A DNA stretch of 55,785 bases, the filler included, from Dimargaris cristalligena (Eukaryota): assembly GCA_003614675.1 (NCBI GenBank). It is 3 parts of 3 records of this genome, joined end to end, with 100 filler letters (N's around TTAATTAATTAA, not from the genome) between each part and the next. Parts side by side here need not be neighbours in the genome. Positions count along the whole stretch, not along the records: positions 18,665 to 37,186 come from ML002764.1; positions 37,287 to 55,785 come from ML002765.1; 1 more part is not named here. One strand, 5' to 3'. Below, one piece after another: positions 34,101 through 47,015 of the stretch; position 1 is the stretch's first letter, and each line of letters starts with the position of its first letter. Position numbers and translations under genes: made by a program. The notes beneath the pieces are model-generated. The model had not been told where the DNA came from, searched no databases, and was given only the letters and a program-made list of their open reading frames with translations.

Positions 34101-36581
34101 TTCGGAGGTGATTGACTTGGGATTAAAGTTGGGAATACATTGGTTTCCATAACGATTCGGAAGCTACTCGGCTAGTACTATGGGCGTTTGGCATGAAATA
34201 GGGACGGATTAATTTCAGAATGACCTCCGCCTGCGGATTAGTGTTCCAGAACTAACCCATATCACCCATTTCCATTGCCGAGTGGTACCCAATATCCGAG
34301 CCGATAATTACAGCAATGTTATAGGGGAATTATGAGTAGAGAATATCGCATCACCCACGGTGGTTTTATCCGGGAAATAATAAATGGGGATTTAAATCCT
34401 TTGGTTTATAGCCTGACCACCACCACCCATTTGATAATTAAACAGTGATGGTGGGAATTATTATTTAGTTGTCTTCCAATTTACCGTAAATAGGGAAGGT
34501 TCACCGGATTGCGCAGGGCCCTCCTGTTGAGCTAGGAATCCCCATGAAGCAAGGTCGCACATTACACCAAAGGCAGTAGGTCTTCGGCCCCTCTTACTTT
34601 TTTGCATCACCTACGATTGATTGCCATTGTATCAAGCGGTGGGAAAATGGGGGCTCGGGTGTTCATTACAGCTGTATATCCCGTGGGATAGATAGACGAC
34701 GAGCAGATGAGAGAGCTCAGGCGCTCGCTCGTCTATTTCGGGCGTGGGAGATGGACATTATCTGTACGGATCTACACTGAAGCGAATCCTGAAAAATTGG
34801 GCTTAGTGTGGCTCACTATTGCAAAAAACAGGCTACTGGAAAGTATTTGGCTTCTCTACAACTCAGTCGTAATACAACATGTACATCGAGATTTTAAGGA
34901 TTCACTACGACTAGTGCTGAATAATTTCCGATGGGGGTCTATCAACCATGGAGCATGGTAGAGCTTACGCTGGTATTGGGCACAGCATTTAGGGATATGT
35001 GGTCGTTATTATATATATATATATATATATAAAATGCTGCGAGGTGGTGGGGGTATCGGGAAGTCGACCTGACGACGATGGTACTTCCAGCTCAGGAGAC
35101 AAAGCCAGCTGATAGCGGAATGATGAAGAGAGAGAGAGAGGTCAGACGATCAGGTCACATGACAAGTGGAGCAGCCACTCATCGCTCTAGGCTATGAAAA
35201 GGCCAACCGATGCGGGACCAATCACAGATGGCCGGGAAGACGAGCACTGTGCTATGGATGATGATGAGTCAAGCACACCATTAAGCATGGCTGTCAAACT
35301 AATCAATCTCTCTTCAAGAGCCGCCATTACTGCGTATCTCTTTCGTTAGATGGAAAACGCAAACTATGAGGAAGTATGAATTTTAGAATCGCGTATTGGA
35401 TTTAATAGTGATGGACAGTCTCATTCCCCTAAGGCTATATATAATACCGCGTATAGGGTAGAAGAGCTGTCCGTCACGCGGAGAATTACCGCCGCCCCTT
35501 GAGTTCGCACATCTTTCGCTTGTGGCGACAGTCCCTATGGTAGGAGGCCTACCATTCACATTATAGTCAATTTCGTATTTAATCGTCCCCAAATCACCCA
35601 CCATCCGTTTACTACAGTATGCACACCTTCGTCCTCTTCCCCTCCCTCCCCTATATCTCGAGCCAGAATTCCGGAATCACTGCTTCATTTAATTTGGACT
35701 CTCCAGCCCCCCCTCTGGTCAAGTAGTCCTTTGTCGTTATTATAAATAGATTGCCACTCTCTTTAATTTCACACTTATTATATATTTATATTAATATTTA
35801 TGTGGGCCATTGATTCCCCCCCAGTTTACTCATTTACCATTATTATTACTTGTGACTATTAGTAATCCTTACTGACCTTGCTGCTGCTGCTCAACCCGAC
35901 GGGTATTGCAGGCTTGCGTCTCCATTAAATTTGATTGAAAGAGGGCGGTGAGGACTGTAAGCCACAGTTTCCCTTGACCAACAACCGGCACTTAGCTGTT
36001 TCTTGGAGAGGGTTTGCCTGACTGACACTATTACTACTACTTACTATACTATCCCCCCATTGCTCTCCACCTAAAACGGCCTAAAGATCGCCTCGACTTT
36101 TCCCCCCATTCCTAGCTCCTTTCCCCCTCCTACGTTAGGCTTCCTTCTGACCCATTTGTGTGTGTGTGTCTCTCTCTATGCAGTAGTAGTAGTAGTAGGC
36201 GTGTATATCTTACTGCCGCCCCTCTCAACTCCTGATTCATTTAGATCGTTGTTTCCCTCTCTTCCTTCTTTATCCGACTTCTAGTCTATTTCATTACCAA
36301 CTGGGTTCGAACCACTATTTGTGAGTGAGCGTGTGTGTCTATATGTGTATGCATGGGAATTATAGGTCTTGTGCCCTCTCCACCCAATAATCCACTCGTT
36401 TCTCATTTCGTTGGAATCCCCCCGTCCTCTTCCACTCCTCCCTTTCTCTCACTCTTTATAAATTCTCACTTTCCCCACTTCTCGAATATATATATATATA
36501 TCGTGAAACACGGCCCCACTCCTTCCTCTCGTTCTGTTCGATCACTTCCATTTATTAAGATTCCTTCACCCTTCCTCGGCC

Positions 36582-37186
36582 ATGGTGAATTTGCTCGTTT
36601 CAGGTCATGCCCTGAAACAGTCCGTGAGTAAGACTTGCTCGCTACGCCGCGCCCACCCTTGGTCCGGTCTACTGGCTGCTACCCGTACCTACTCCTCCTC
36701 TTCGTCTTCCTCCTCCTCTTCTTCGTCGAATCGCTCCAAAGGTGGTAACGGTAAAGCCCCCCTCGCCTTCACTTACACCGTTCACATTGTGCCCCGTGAG
36801 TTTGCCAACTCCTCCTTCTTCGCCCAACACCGACCCTTGCTGGATCTCCGGCCCCTTTCCCAGGCCCAGAGTGTGACCTTCACAATGGGTCGTGGCAGTA
36901 ACGGTAGTGGTAATGGTAGAATGGGTGAACCCAACACCCGTTCCCGTTCGCTTGGCCCGGCGAAGGTTCAGGTTTCAATCATTGAAGATTCCACCCCCCG
37001 TTCGACCCGGGCTATGGCCCAAGGGGCTACCGTCTCGGAAACTGCGCCGGCAGCAGCAGCAGCAACAACGGCCGTCGACGAGGCCCACTGGACGGGCGAA
37101 AAACCCTTCCAACACTTGGATAGTCTGGCCCCTTTCCAGGTCGACCCGCACGTCCGGGACCTGGCCCAACACTTGGCCCGTTTGTT
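36582..37186 (+). CDS. Probable mitochondrial small-subunit protein mS38/Cox24-like, 3'-truncated at the contig end
   Basis: Basic, Ser-rich presequence ending RTYSSSS, followed by SFFAQHRPLL, which resembles the FFxxHRP motif of fungal Cox24-family N-termini. The diagnostic basic C-terminal DUF1713 segment would lie beyond the gap. Confidence 0.6.
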
Positions 37187-37286
37187 NNNNNNNNNNNNNN
37201 NNNNNNNNNNNNNNNNNNNNNNNNNNNNNNTTAATTAATTAANNNNNNNNNNNNNNNNNNNNNNNNNNNNNNNNNNNNNNNNNNNN
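37187..37286. other. Artificial contig linker (N44-TTAATTAATTAA-N44)
   Basis: Exactly 100 bp; identical to 18565-18664. Confidence 0.97.
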
Positions 37287-37695
37287 GTTTTGGTGAAATT
37301 TAGGGCCTGAGTTCGCTGTGGAACCCACCTGATCGCACCTGTCACCCCTAGCCTCCGCCACAGGCCGTAAATACCATCCGTCTACGACGCTGGCTGCCCG
37401 TCACATTGTTTTGATTGGGGGGAATTTTTTTTACAATTGGGCTCAGGGTCCGTCGTGCAATAAAACCGGCCCTCCGCCCTGTAACCCCGTTCCCATATCA
37501 GGACAATCCGCTGCCCTTCTCTATGCCTTTCTAGTTACTTCCTTCTTTCCCTTAGACTTTCGTTCATGGCCATATTCCCGCCAACTCATTACACCAGATC
37601 CCTTCCCTCTTGTTAACCATCACCCTTTCGTAAGTTTGATTTTCGATTTCCTCTCCCTCTTTAAACCGCACGGCTCCAGTTATACAATATTGACC

Positions 37696-38277
37696 ATGAC
37701 CCAACACCTTGCCCTTATGTTGGCCGCGACCGCCTTCCTTGCCAGCGCCCATGCCAACTCGCCCATCCAGGCCAGCGGCTGGAATATCACCAATTTGCCC
37801 GTGGGTGAACGCGTGGCCCTCTGTGCCATGCAGATCCAGGTCTGCCAAACCACCTGCGGAGGTCCCGATCTCGCCCCCAAGGCCTTTTGTAATGACACCA
37901 CGATGGGCTGGGGCTGTGGTTGCAAAGGGCACAGCCCTGAGTACGATGTCTACAACCTGCCCATCCCAGGCCGCGACTGCGAAGGATTTGCGAAGGACTG
38001 TGTCGACCGGTGCAAGTTCAACGTTGATTGTGTGGAGAAATGCCGGTCCGATTGGCCTTGCCACACGCCGGAAGCCCCGGAATCCTATCTAGAAGTAAAC
38101 CGTTCCAATGAAATGCCCGCCTACAAATTCGTCGATAAATCGGAAAAGGGGCGGAAGGCTGAAGCCGATGGGGAAGCCAAGAGCTCGGCGGGCCAAGGTC
38201 CGACGGCGGCTTCCCTTTTCCAAACCCTGCTCATCGCGGCTCCTGCCACCCTTTTGGTGGCCACTATGTTCGTGTAA
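37696..38277 (+). CDS. Secreted Cys-rich, probably GPI-anchored cell-surface protein (193 aa)
   Basis: Signal peptide MTQHLALMLAATAFLASAHA, a 12-Cys domain (CxxQxxxCxxxC...C...CxC...C...CxxxC...CxxxC...C), candidate omega site SSA and hydrophobic tail LLIAAPATLLVATMFV. Confidence 0.85.
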   Translation: MTQHLALMLAATAFLASAHANSPIQASGWNITNLPVGERVALCAMQIQVCQTTCGGPDLAPKAFCNDTTMGWGCGCKGHSPEYDVYNLPIPGRDCEGFAKDCVDRCKFNVDCVEKCRSDWPCHTPEAPESYLEVNRSNEMPAYKFVDKSEKGRKAEADGEAKSSAGQGPTAASLFQTLLIAAPATLLVATMFV

Positions 38278-39161
38278 GTAGGTGGGTCTAGGCCCGGTTA
38301 CTAGAATATTTGATTATGCACATCTGCTAATACTTAATATATTTCACCATTAAACTAATTAATCATAATTTACCTGGCGGGATTAAAACGACAGGGCACC
38401 TTGTGGTTATCCAACCAATGTATTAGTGGTGACGGCGATGTGTTATTTTTAACCATACAGTATAGCCGTCTATCCGCAGGACTTGCCCCTGCCTGGTTGT
38501 TGGTTAATTTTATTGTTAAAACTCAGGGACCAAGCATGGAAATAGCCTCAACCCTGTTGTTGTTCTGTATATTAAGTGGCGGCGAGGGGGTTCGATTAAT
38601 TATAATCACATGATCTTTATTCGCCCCCAGATTGCCTCCTAAAAAGGAATAGGAGGAGAGAAGGGCAAGTTTTCTCACCCACTAATAACGGGCCTTTTTT
38701 TGGGGCTAACTTTGCCCCTTTTATTGGCCTAATCTGTTCGCCAATCAAGTTCCCCAATGGTAATCCTTAACCCCCCTCCTCCCCCCGAATTATTATTATT
38801 GTTGGTTTTTTTTCGTCCACGAGAAGTAAAACTGGCGGAAGGAAAGGAGGGGGAGAGGTACGTACATTAGTAAGTGGTGCTGGCCCATAGCTAATCGTCG
38901 ACCTCGACTTAAGAATCTCCCTCCCCCTCGCCTAGTCCTCGTAGCATTAGGCTCCATTACCATACACTGACGAACATTGTATTTTATCAGCTTGGTGTCC
39001 ATACCCTCTCCACCACGTTTTATTCATTCCTTTATAATCAACTTCTTGGCCTTGACAACTTTACGAAACCCTCGTCTGTTCGTCCCTATAACAGCGCGTT
39101 TACCTACGCCCCATAGACTCATACATTCACACACACACATACACACACACACATAACCACC

Positions 39162-39533
39162 ATGGCCCACGAATCCGTCCAACCTCCCCCGCAAGCCGCC
39201 CCCTTGGCGGAAGTGGAACCCAAGGTCAAAATCCTCCCAGGCATGTCCAGTGACATGACGGCCGCCACCTTTGTGATTGACCAAGAGGACCACACTCTGG
39301 GTAACACCCTGCGCCACTGCATCATGCAAAACCCCGAGGTCGAATTCTGCGGTTACTCGATACCCCACCCGTCCAACCTCAACATCCACATTCGCATTCA
39401 AACGACCCCCAACACCACGGCCCTGGAGGCGCTTAGCCAGGGTTTGAAGGACCTCTACACCATGTGTGACCACACCCTCAAGAAATTTAACGAGGAAATA
39501 ACCAAGGGTGACTACGAAATCGTTAGCTCGTAG
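39162..39533 (+). CDS. RPC19: RNA polymerase I/III shared subunit AC19 (RPAC2/POLR1D)
   Basis: Intronless 123 aa with the RPB11/AC19 signature TFVIDQEDHTLGNTLRHCIMQNPEVEFCGYSIPHPS...IRIQT. Confidence 0.96.
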   Translation: MAHESVQPPPQAAPLAEVEPKVKILPGMSSDMTAATFVIDQEDHTLGNTLRHCIMQNPEVEFCGYSIPHPSNLNIHIRIQTTPNTTALEALSQGLKDLYTMCDHTLKKFNEEITKGDYEIVSS

Positions 39534-39982
39534 GCTTTGTTTTAGTTTGTTTGTGACCTCTCTCCCCCCCTAACGCTCAAGCGCCCTCTCCCTTTACCCC
39601 CCCTCGACTGTGTTTCCTATCCTTTATCTTTCATTTCTTCGATGGTTATTGTATCACATTGGACTCCCCTCCCCCCTTATTCCTGTGGTAGATAGACGTT
39701 GGTGTTTTTCTTTTGTTCTTTTCTTTGCATATATAAGTCTATAATAAAAGCTCAGTCAGCTTGACGGACCATTGCTTCTCTACCCTTTTAATTATAAACT
39801 CCTGACCGGTAAAGGCTTTATGTATACTTTACCCGGACTACATCCTTGGTTAAAGCTACCCACTTTTCAGTTGACTACTTCGTCCCTGGTTGACTGGGCG
39901 CCTCCTAAGCTCTCCAAAGCAATGTGCCACTGGTGTCCAAACGGGGTAATAAATCACTCCACGCAGCCAATTTGGCATCAGC

Positions 39983-40560
39983 CTGCCGAGTTGTATAAGC
40001 CACTTTTTTTTTTGTTTAACTGACTATAGTCGGCTTTCATGGTTAGCGTCTCTAGCTGCCAAAGCTATGGGCCACACCGACTACGAGTCCACTAGTTGTT
40101 AATAAATAGATACATTGTTATTTTATACCGAAGAAGGTTGGGTTAGTTCAGCGTATTGTTATCCCGAAAGAAGGGGGGGAGCTGCCACCGTTTCAATAGT
40201 AAAAATCTACATGCTCGATAGCCGTGGTCCTGATGCGGCAGGTCCTGTAAATACCTACAGTCTATCCACTGGGTCTCTCGATCAACTTCGAATCGGGTAA
40301 TATATTTTTTTTAGGCGGTCAAGAATTCCCATGTTTAGATTTGGCCGGATAATAGAACCCGTTAGAAAAGGCCTATTGCAGGTCGAGATTCCACAGCCCA
40401 ATAGAAAACTAACTACCTGACTAAAACTAACTAACTAACTAACTAACCAACTAAAACTAACTAACTAACTAACGGTCACGACCGGAGGGTGCTCAGCCGA
40501 ATAGTAGCCAGCTTGCCTTTTCACAAAAATAAAAAGCCGACTTTACAAAGCTCATGGCAG
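39983..40560. mobile_element. Possible degenerate ~580-bp non-autonomous TIR element
   Basis: The left end ctgccgagttgtataagccacttttttttttgt...ctgactatagtcggct aligns with gaps to the reverse complement of the right end (ctgccatgagctttgtaaagtcggctttttatttttgt...ctggctactattcggct). Confidence 0.35.
40407..40473. repeat. Imperfect (CTAA)n microsatellite
   Basis: Direct reading: aactaactacctgactaaaactaactaactaactaactaaccaactaaaactaactaactaactaac. Confidence 0.9.
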
Positions 40561-42394
40561 TCATCGAGTAGGGTGAATGGGGTGAATAGATAATGGTGTC
40601 TATCCACAAGGGCGCTGGCGTAGTCTAGATTGTAATGGATCATTGGTGGCGGTGGCTTATTCGGTGCGAGGATCTCAAAACTTTAGTGGCGCTGAAGTTT
40701 TTCACCTAACCTCACTCTCCTCGCAACCTCAAGTTGTACGATTCGATGCGCAGAGAGGGGGTTATACCTATTTTTGGACTCACTCAGAACCGGCGAATAA
40801 AGGGACAGTCTGCGCTTTGGTAGCCATGAAGAATCGACGTGGCTTTTTAGTAGCAAAATAATAATACTAATTGCGGATAGTTCTATCGAAGACTCCCTTT
40901 ATTACGACCAACACCCCCTATCCTCTTCGTTTGTCCTACTTGATTCCATCCCATGGTAACCTTGATACCAAAAAACTCAACCGGTGTCAAGATCCAATAG
41001 GCCCAGTCTGCCTGCCACACGGGGGGCATTGCTATCATCAAAGCAAGCCTTAGGTTACTAAGTGCGCCAATTAGACCTCTGTAAGTGTAACGGTGGGCGG
41101 AATGAGCCATAGCTATCCGCCCATTTTGTATGGCAAGAGCCCTGCCACTATTGTAGAATATACAGGCTAATGTGGTCTACCCTTATTAGTTCATCACCGC
41201 ACACACCCTTCTGCCCCGAAAAAATTAAATCCGGCGCAGCTGGACTATCCCACACGATGCCTATACTCTCCAACTACCGCCGCTTCCAAGGCAGACGAAG
41301 CAAACCAGTTAGTTACAGACCGGCCCTTTTATATATATATATTATTTTATTCATTTAGCGTGTTATACCAGTGGCATTGGGGGCTGGACGGCCCACCTTG
41401 TTCTATTGCCAACACGTTTATAATATTAGTAGGAATGCGAGAAGAGGGGAGCATGAAGTTGGGGGGTGATTGGTGCCATCAATGCGAGGGGAAAGTGTGG
41501 TCGCACAAACGTATCTGACTTCAATAGGTTCCCTTCTTGGAACGCCCCAGTGCCGTCCAACTTAAAGTCCCCGCATATCAAGTATAGGGAATTGCTATTG
41601 GCCCACGCGCTGGCATGGCAGGTTTACGGATAGGGAGTACGCTAATAAACTATACATTCTAGTGAATCAACATCTATTCTAAGTTTCGGAAAAATCCATT
41701 GAGCTCAAGGACATGGCCCAACCATAAAATTACTCTGCCACTGCTCTAATGAATGGTCAGTTCTGGGCAACCTCATCCCTCCTCATTCCAATATATTTAA
41801 TGACCATGGCCTTTGGAGAGTCCCTTCCCTGTATATTGGCACTGGCTTGTCTATTAAACGCATGAATGTTTCCCATCTTTGTATCGCCCGCCAATGAATG
41901 TTCATTAGTTGGCGTATACCACTTAGTCTCTCGCGTTGTTTCCCGTGGATTGAATTCGCTTCAGCTTAGCGCTCCCCCTCAAAACTGTATTCCGTTTGTG
42001 TAATATAATGTATCACCTTCCACTTTCGGTGCAGTCGAAAAAAAGCCCCCCCACGACCCCTGCACTATTCCGCGGCAAGGTGATCGATCAGCCCCGCCCA
42101 TCTGCACGAATACCTTACCCATCTACCTATCAACACACATATATATACACCCATACGTCGCCCATATGGTTACTCTCCAGTCAATAGCTATTCGCACCAT
42201 CCGTTCATAAATTTTTGTTCTTGTCTTTTACCACACTTGATCTATACAGGCGTGTTTATATTATTAAACCGACGCCCGATTCTGACGCTCATTTGATTTG
42301 CTATTATCTTGTTAGCCAATCCTTTTTACCTTTGGCTATTGAAACCTTACACCAAAGTCCATTTTATACGGTTACCTTCGATTGTATTTTAAAT

Positions 42395-43407
42395 ATGAGG
42401 ATCACCAAACTTAACTTAGGAGTGGTCGGATTTTGGGCGGTTGTTCTTTTGGCCTCCAATACCCAAGCGCAACCCAGTCCGTATAACCCCCTCCGCAAAA
42501 TCATAGACTGGCGTCGTACGCCAAATGACCAAGCCGATCAAATGCCAGGTGGTTATACGGATAGTCCCAACCCCGCTCATTTACCTCCTCAACACGGGGA
42601 TAGTGTGCAGAAGGTGCGTTTTCTCAGAAGATTGCGCCAGAAGCTGTCTCCTTTCAGCAGCTCACGCAGATCCAAGAGCGCCGCCGGCGTATCGGCTCCC
42701 GTCGAGTCGGAGGGCATCGAATTGAGTGATTTATCCGAAGTGGAACCGAACCCCTCACCTAGCTCGATTAATGATTTAGACCACGCTAGTCTCTTGACCG
42801 GTTCGGATCGTAGGACGACCCAGGTACCCACCGATTTGATCGTACCGGAAATTCCCCTGCGGCAGCAGGAACCCGCGTCAATTGCGCTGGGATCAGCGAG
42901 TTCCACCGCCCCGCTTCCCATCGTTCACGCCGATACCTCCCCCGTGAACTCAGGTTCTGCCCTTCTTGCAATTATGGCTAATGATATTCCCTTCAGCGAG
43001 GGCGAAGTTCGGGGGGGAGAGTCATATTCCCTACCTTATGAATACAATATCTCCGATGAGTCCACCGTCGTATTCCCCCATCCCCCTACTATGGCTGAAC
43101 GACTTGCCCTGCCCCCCCTGGCTAATGGTAGGTCTAATTTGGCCAGTGGAGAGTACCCAGCGGACTCTGAAATCGATGATGACAATGATGCATCCCAAAT
43201 CAACTGGAGCGACGACGAAAGAGACCTGGAGCAGTATATGGCCGATACGAACGAGAGGCGGAGAGGCGAATTTGGTCTCCCCGCTTACATTACGGGTCAA
43301 CTGATGGGCTATCTTAGTTCCGAGTCTCCATTTGACTCCTTTTTCGCGAATCATGGGCCTCCCCAAGCAACCCAGCCAGGCGGAACCAATGTGGATGATG
43401 ATGATGG

Positions 43408-43449
<42 letters not shown>

Positions 43450-43612
43450 CAGGGACCGGAATGAGGCGGGTCCCTCCGAATTATTTGTGCCGTTGGCTAT
43501 CCCTAATGAGTACACCCAAACCAACCGGAGGGTTCAGCATACTATGGAGGGAAGCACCTGGCTCACTCTTGGTGAAAACGACCCAACAACGATGGATGAA
43601 CTACGCCGCTAG
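42395..43612 (+). CDS. Hypothetical secreted acidic, low-complexity protein (405 aa)
   Basis: Signal peptide MRITKLNLGVVGFWAVVLLASNTQA; single exon; poly-Asp tract encoded by a (GAT)n repeat at 43394-43450. Confidence 0.8.
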
Positions 43613-44715
43613 GGTTATCGAGTCGGCTCGTTATACCACTAATCCCACTGATTTTTAAAATTTCCTAGCCCTAAAAGGAACCTTTGTCGTTGCACGCTAT
43701 TCGGGTGGGGGTGGTTGGTATACACCCTCCCCCTCTCTCCTTGACCTTACTTCAGAACAAGCCGGTGCGCTTTTTCACCCGTATGAGTCAGCGGCCCTTT
43801 TTTCCACTATCCATTACTATTTAGTCCTTAGACAACCTAGATTAATTATTTTTATATTACTTAGAAATCCCCCGCATGTGGGGGTACCTCATGCCTTGCG
43901 AAGATTCCTATGTTTAGACCACTTATGAAGAGAGGGATACATTGCAAGGCGATTTATAGTTATACATCTTTCTACCCCAATGCAATAAATCCACTCAGCT
44001 TGTTTCATCCCGCTCTGGTCTATCCCAGCTGAACATGGGCCTCGGGTTTGCGGAATTAAACGTGCCCACCCGTATAGTCATTTAATAGACGCCTTCCATT
44101 AGTAGTTAGTAAGCCGAATTGATGGCCAAGAGAGTGTTTCGGCACCCACCAATGCCTGAGTTGACGCGAAAGTAGCGCTGTAATAATTAATACACCTTGA
44201 GTTCCTAATGGGAGGGGGGATTGGCCTCTGGAAATATGGGAGCACTATATATAGGCTGCATGTGCAAGAAATTTTCTGATATAAGTATAGCCTGCTTGGA
44301 TGGGCTTTGTTCTAGGGGTGAGGGAGGCAATAGTTCTATTTAGAAAGGCAGTATAAGTCAGTTAGCAGTAGTTAGTAGTTGTCAGCTATTAAAACCACCA
44401 CCACATACAATGTAAATGGCCAGGCTTTGTTGGCGCAGCCAACCAGCCAGGCGCTTCCCTCCTGTTTTCTCCACGCCTCCTCCTCCTCCTACCCTTAGGG
44501 AGGCTGTCCCTCTTCATATAGCCCCCCTTTCTCTCCTCCTTCACACTCAAGTACTTCGCATTCCACTTTCCACCATTTGTTACCCTTTTTTGCACTTCCA
44601 TTTACCTGCCATTCGACCGACCCCGTTTCCCGCGTTATCCCCTTTCCCCGCCTGTTCAGTTTCGAGTCCCCACGTCATTCAAAGCTAACCCCCCCCCCCT
44701 CAAGTCAACTTCACT

Positions 44716-47015
44716 ATGTGCCGTCAAGCCTCGCACGCTGGAAGCTGGTACTCCAATGACCGTAAGCCCGACCTATTGCATGCCAGCCTTGGCTGTTCCC
44801 AAGCCGTCTGTATATACCTTGTCGCATTGCTTAGACCTCCACCCCCTCCCCTGACCCCCCCAACCTTCAGGCGGTGTTTAATACTGGCTTACCACCTAGT
44901 ATCGGTGAGGCCAGGGGTATTGTGGACCACTTGAAAAGGCCCGAGCCATTATTCATGGATATATATATATATATATATATAGCTAACACTTCCTTTTTTA
45001 TGACTGTTCGTTGAATATTCAACTAGGTGCGACCCTGGATAGGCAATTGTCCCAGTGGTTGGACACTGTCGCCCAGACGGCCGGACCCGGTGAAATTCCC
45101 GACCACGGTGTGCGGGCGATTATTTCGCCGTAAGTATTATATACGGGCGAACATCGACTTATTTAGTCCATCAGCCATTTGTCCGTGTATATAGCGCCTG
45201 CCCAGCTGGGTTGCCCATTTTTCTTCATTGGATTCTACGCTCGAATGCAAAAGACAGGCTACCATCACTATGAATCCTGGCCCATTTGACTGATTCACTG
45301 CCGAGTTAACCCCTATCCCCCATCCCTTTTGCCTTGGATACTCCGCTCTATTTTGACCCATACACACCAGTCATGCCGGATATGCCTATAGTGGCCAAGC
45401 CGCCGCGTACGCCTTCCAATGTCTCGGCAATAATGATATGTATGTTGAAATGGAAAGCCAACTTCCGTAAACACCGACTTCCCACCATCGGTCGGCGCTA
45501 TTGAGATATTTATATTATGGCCAGCCTCGGAAGCCCAGTTTCCTAAACAGATTCACACGTCACCCAATTCCGGGTATTGGTAGAGAGTGTCTGATTATGT
45601 ATATAACTTGTCTCGTTGGACTAACCCCGGTGCTGCTTTTGTTTTTTTTTTAAACCTTTACATTTTCCAGCAAGCGGGTATTCATTCTCGGGCCATCCCA
45701 CCACGTTTACCTCAAGCACTGTGCCCTTTCGAACTGCAAAGAGTACGAAACTCCGCTGGGAAATCTAATCCTGGATACTGATGGTTAGTCACCTGTCAAT
45801 ATTGCCTGACTACCTTAACTTTCCTAGGGAGGCGGAACGGGCCCGCGCCGTCTCTCCTTAACGTAAATTAGGCCCATTGTTAAATCCCCTGATTATCCCA
45901 CCTCTTGTCCAACTCATAACTCATTATCCCGACTGTATAGTTGCCGATTGACCTGGTTAATCTGCTCCAATATTATTATCTTGCTGGTTTAGTCATTGCT
46001 GATCTCAAGAAAACCAATGTATTTGGTACCATGAGCCGTAATGTTGACGAGGACGAGCACAGTATCGAGATGCAGCTCCCCTACCTGTATAAGATGTTGG
46101 AAAGGTAAACCATTATTCGTTTAGGGAATATTCCCGGATTAAAACCTTGTAAACTGCTCTCCTTCATCAATAGTAGCACCGTCTCAGTCCTTAGCTACTA
46201 CACTACTATATACTGACTGTTATCTTATTATGCCAAATGCTCCATTAACCCACCCGTCCTATTATCAACTGTTCACAATGGTCCCAAACCCAATCTCATT
46301 CGGGGGATCCAGACATGGAAAAGAAAAAACGGTGAAGGTTATCCCGGTCCTTGTGGGGAACTTGGACCAAGACAGTGAGCAGGAATACGGTCAGGTTTTC
46401 GCCAAGTACTTGGCTAATAAGGCCAATTTCTTTATTATATCCTCGGATTTCTGTCATTGGTAAGCATAAATTTATTATTCGATTACAACGTATGCGGTTG
46501 ATACATTGCTGGTTATCCAACTGCCATGGGGCTTGGCTAAAGAAATTACATCGGCTAATCTCCGGTTATTTGATGTATATATATATATATGTGTGTGTGT
46601 GTATCCCCTTCAATCACGCATTACCAGGGGCACCCGGTTTCGGTATACCTTTTACTCGCCGGACGACCTGCCAAGCAGCTCCCCCGGTTTGGTCGAGGAT
46701 TATAAGGACCTCCATCTACCCATCTACCGGTCCATTGAAAACCTCGACCGCGAGGGTATGAAGCTGCTGGAAACTTTGGTTTCGGCCAAGTTCTACGAGT
46801 ACTTGGAGAAGACCGAGAACACCATTTGCGGCCGCCATCCCATCGGGATTTTACTCCAGGCGATTGAGCAACTCCCCACCACCGATGAAGGGGACCAGGT
46901 TACCAAGTGCCAGGTACAGCTCAAATTCGTTTATTACGCCCAGTCGAGTGAGGTGCACTCGCCGCGGGATAGCTCCGTGAGCTATGCCTCGGCCTATGTG
47001 ACCATTGATTCCTAA
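44716..47015 (+). CDS. MEMO1: MEMO1/Mho1 family protein (325 aa, 7 exons)
   Basis: Exons 44716-44761, 45027-45129, 45371-45439, 45671-45783, 45993-46104, 46313-46459 and 46628-47015 join in frame. Motifs [51 protein letters not shown] and SVSYAS. Confidence 0.95.
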
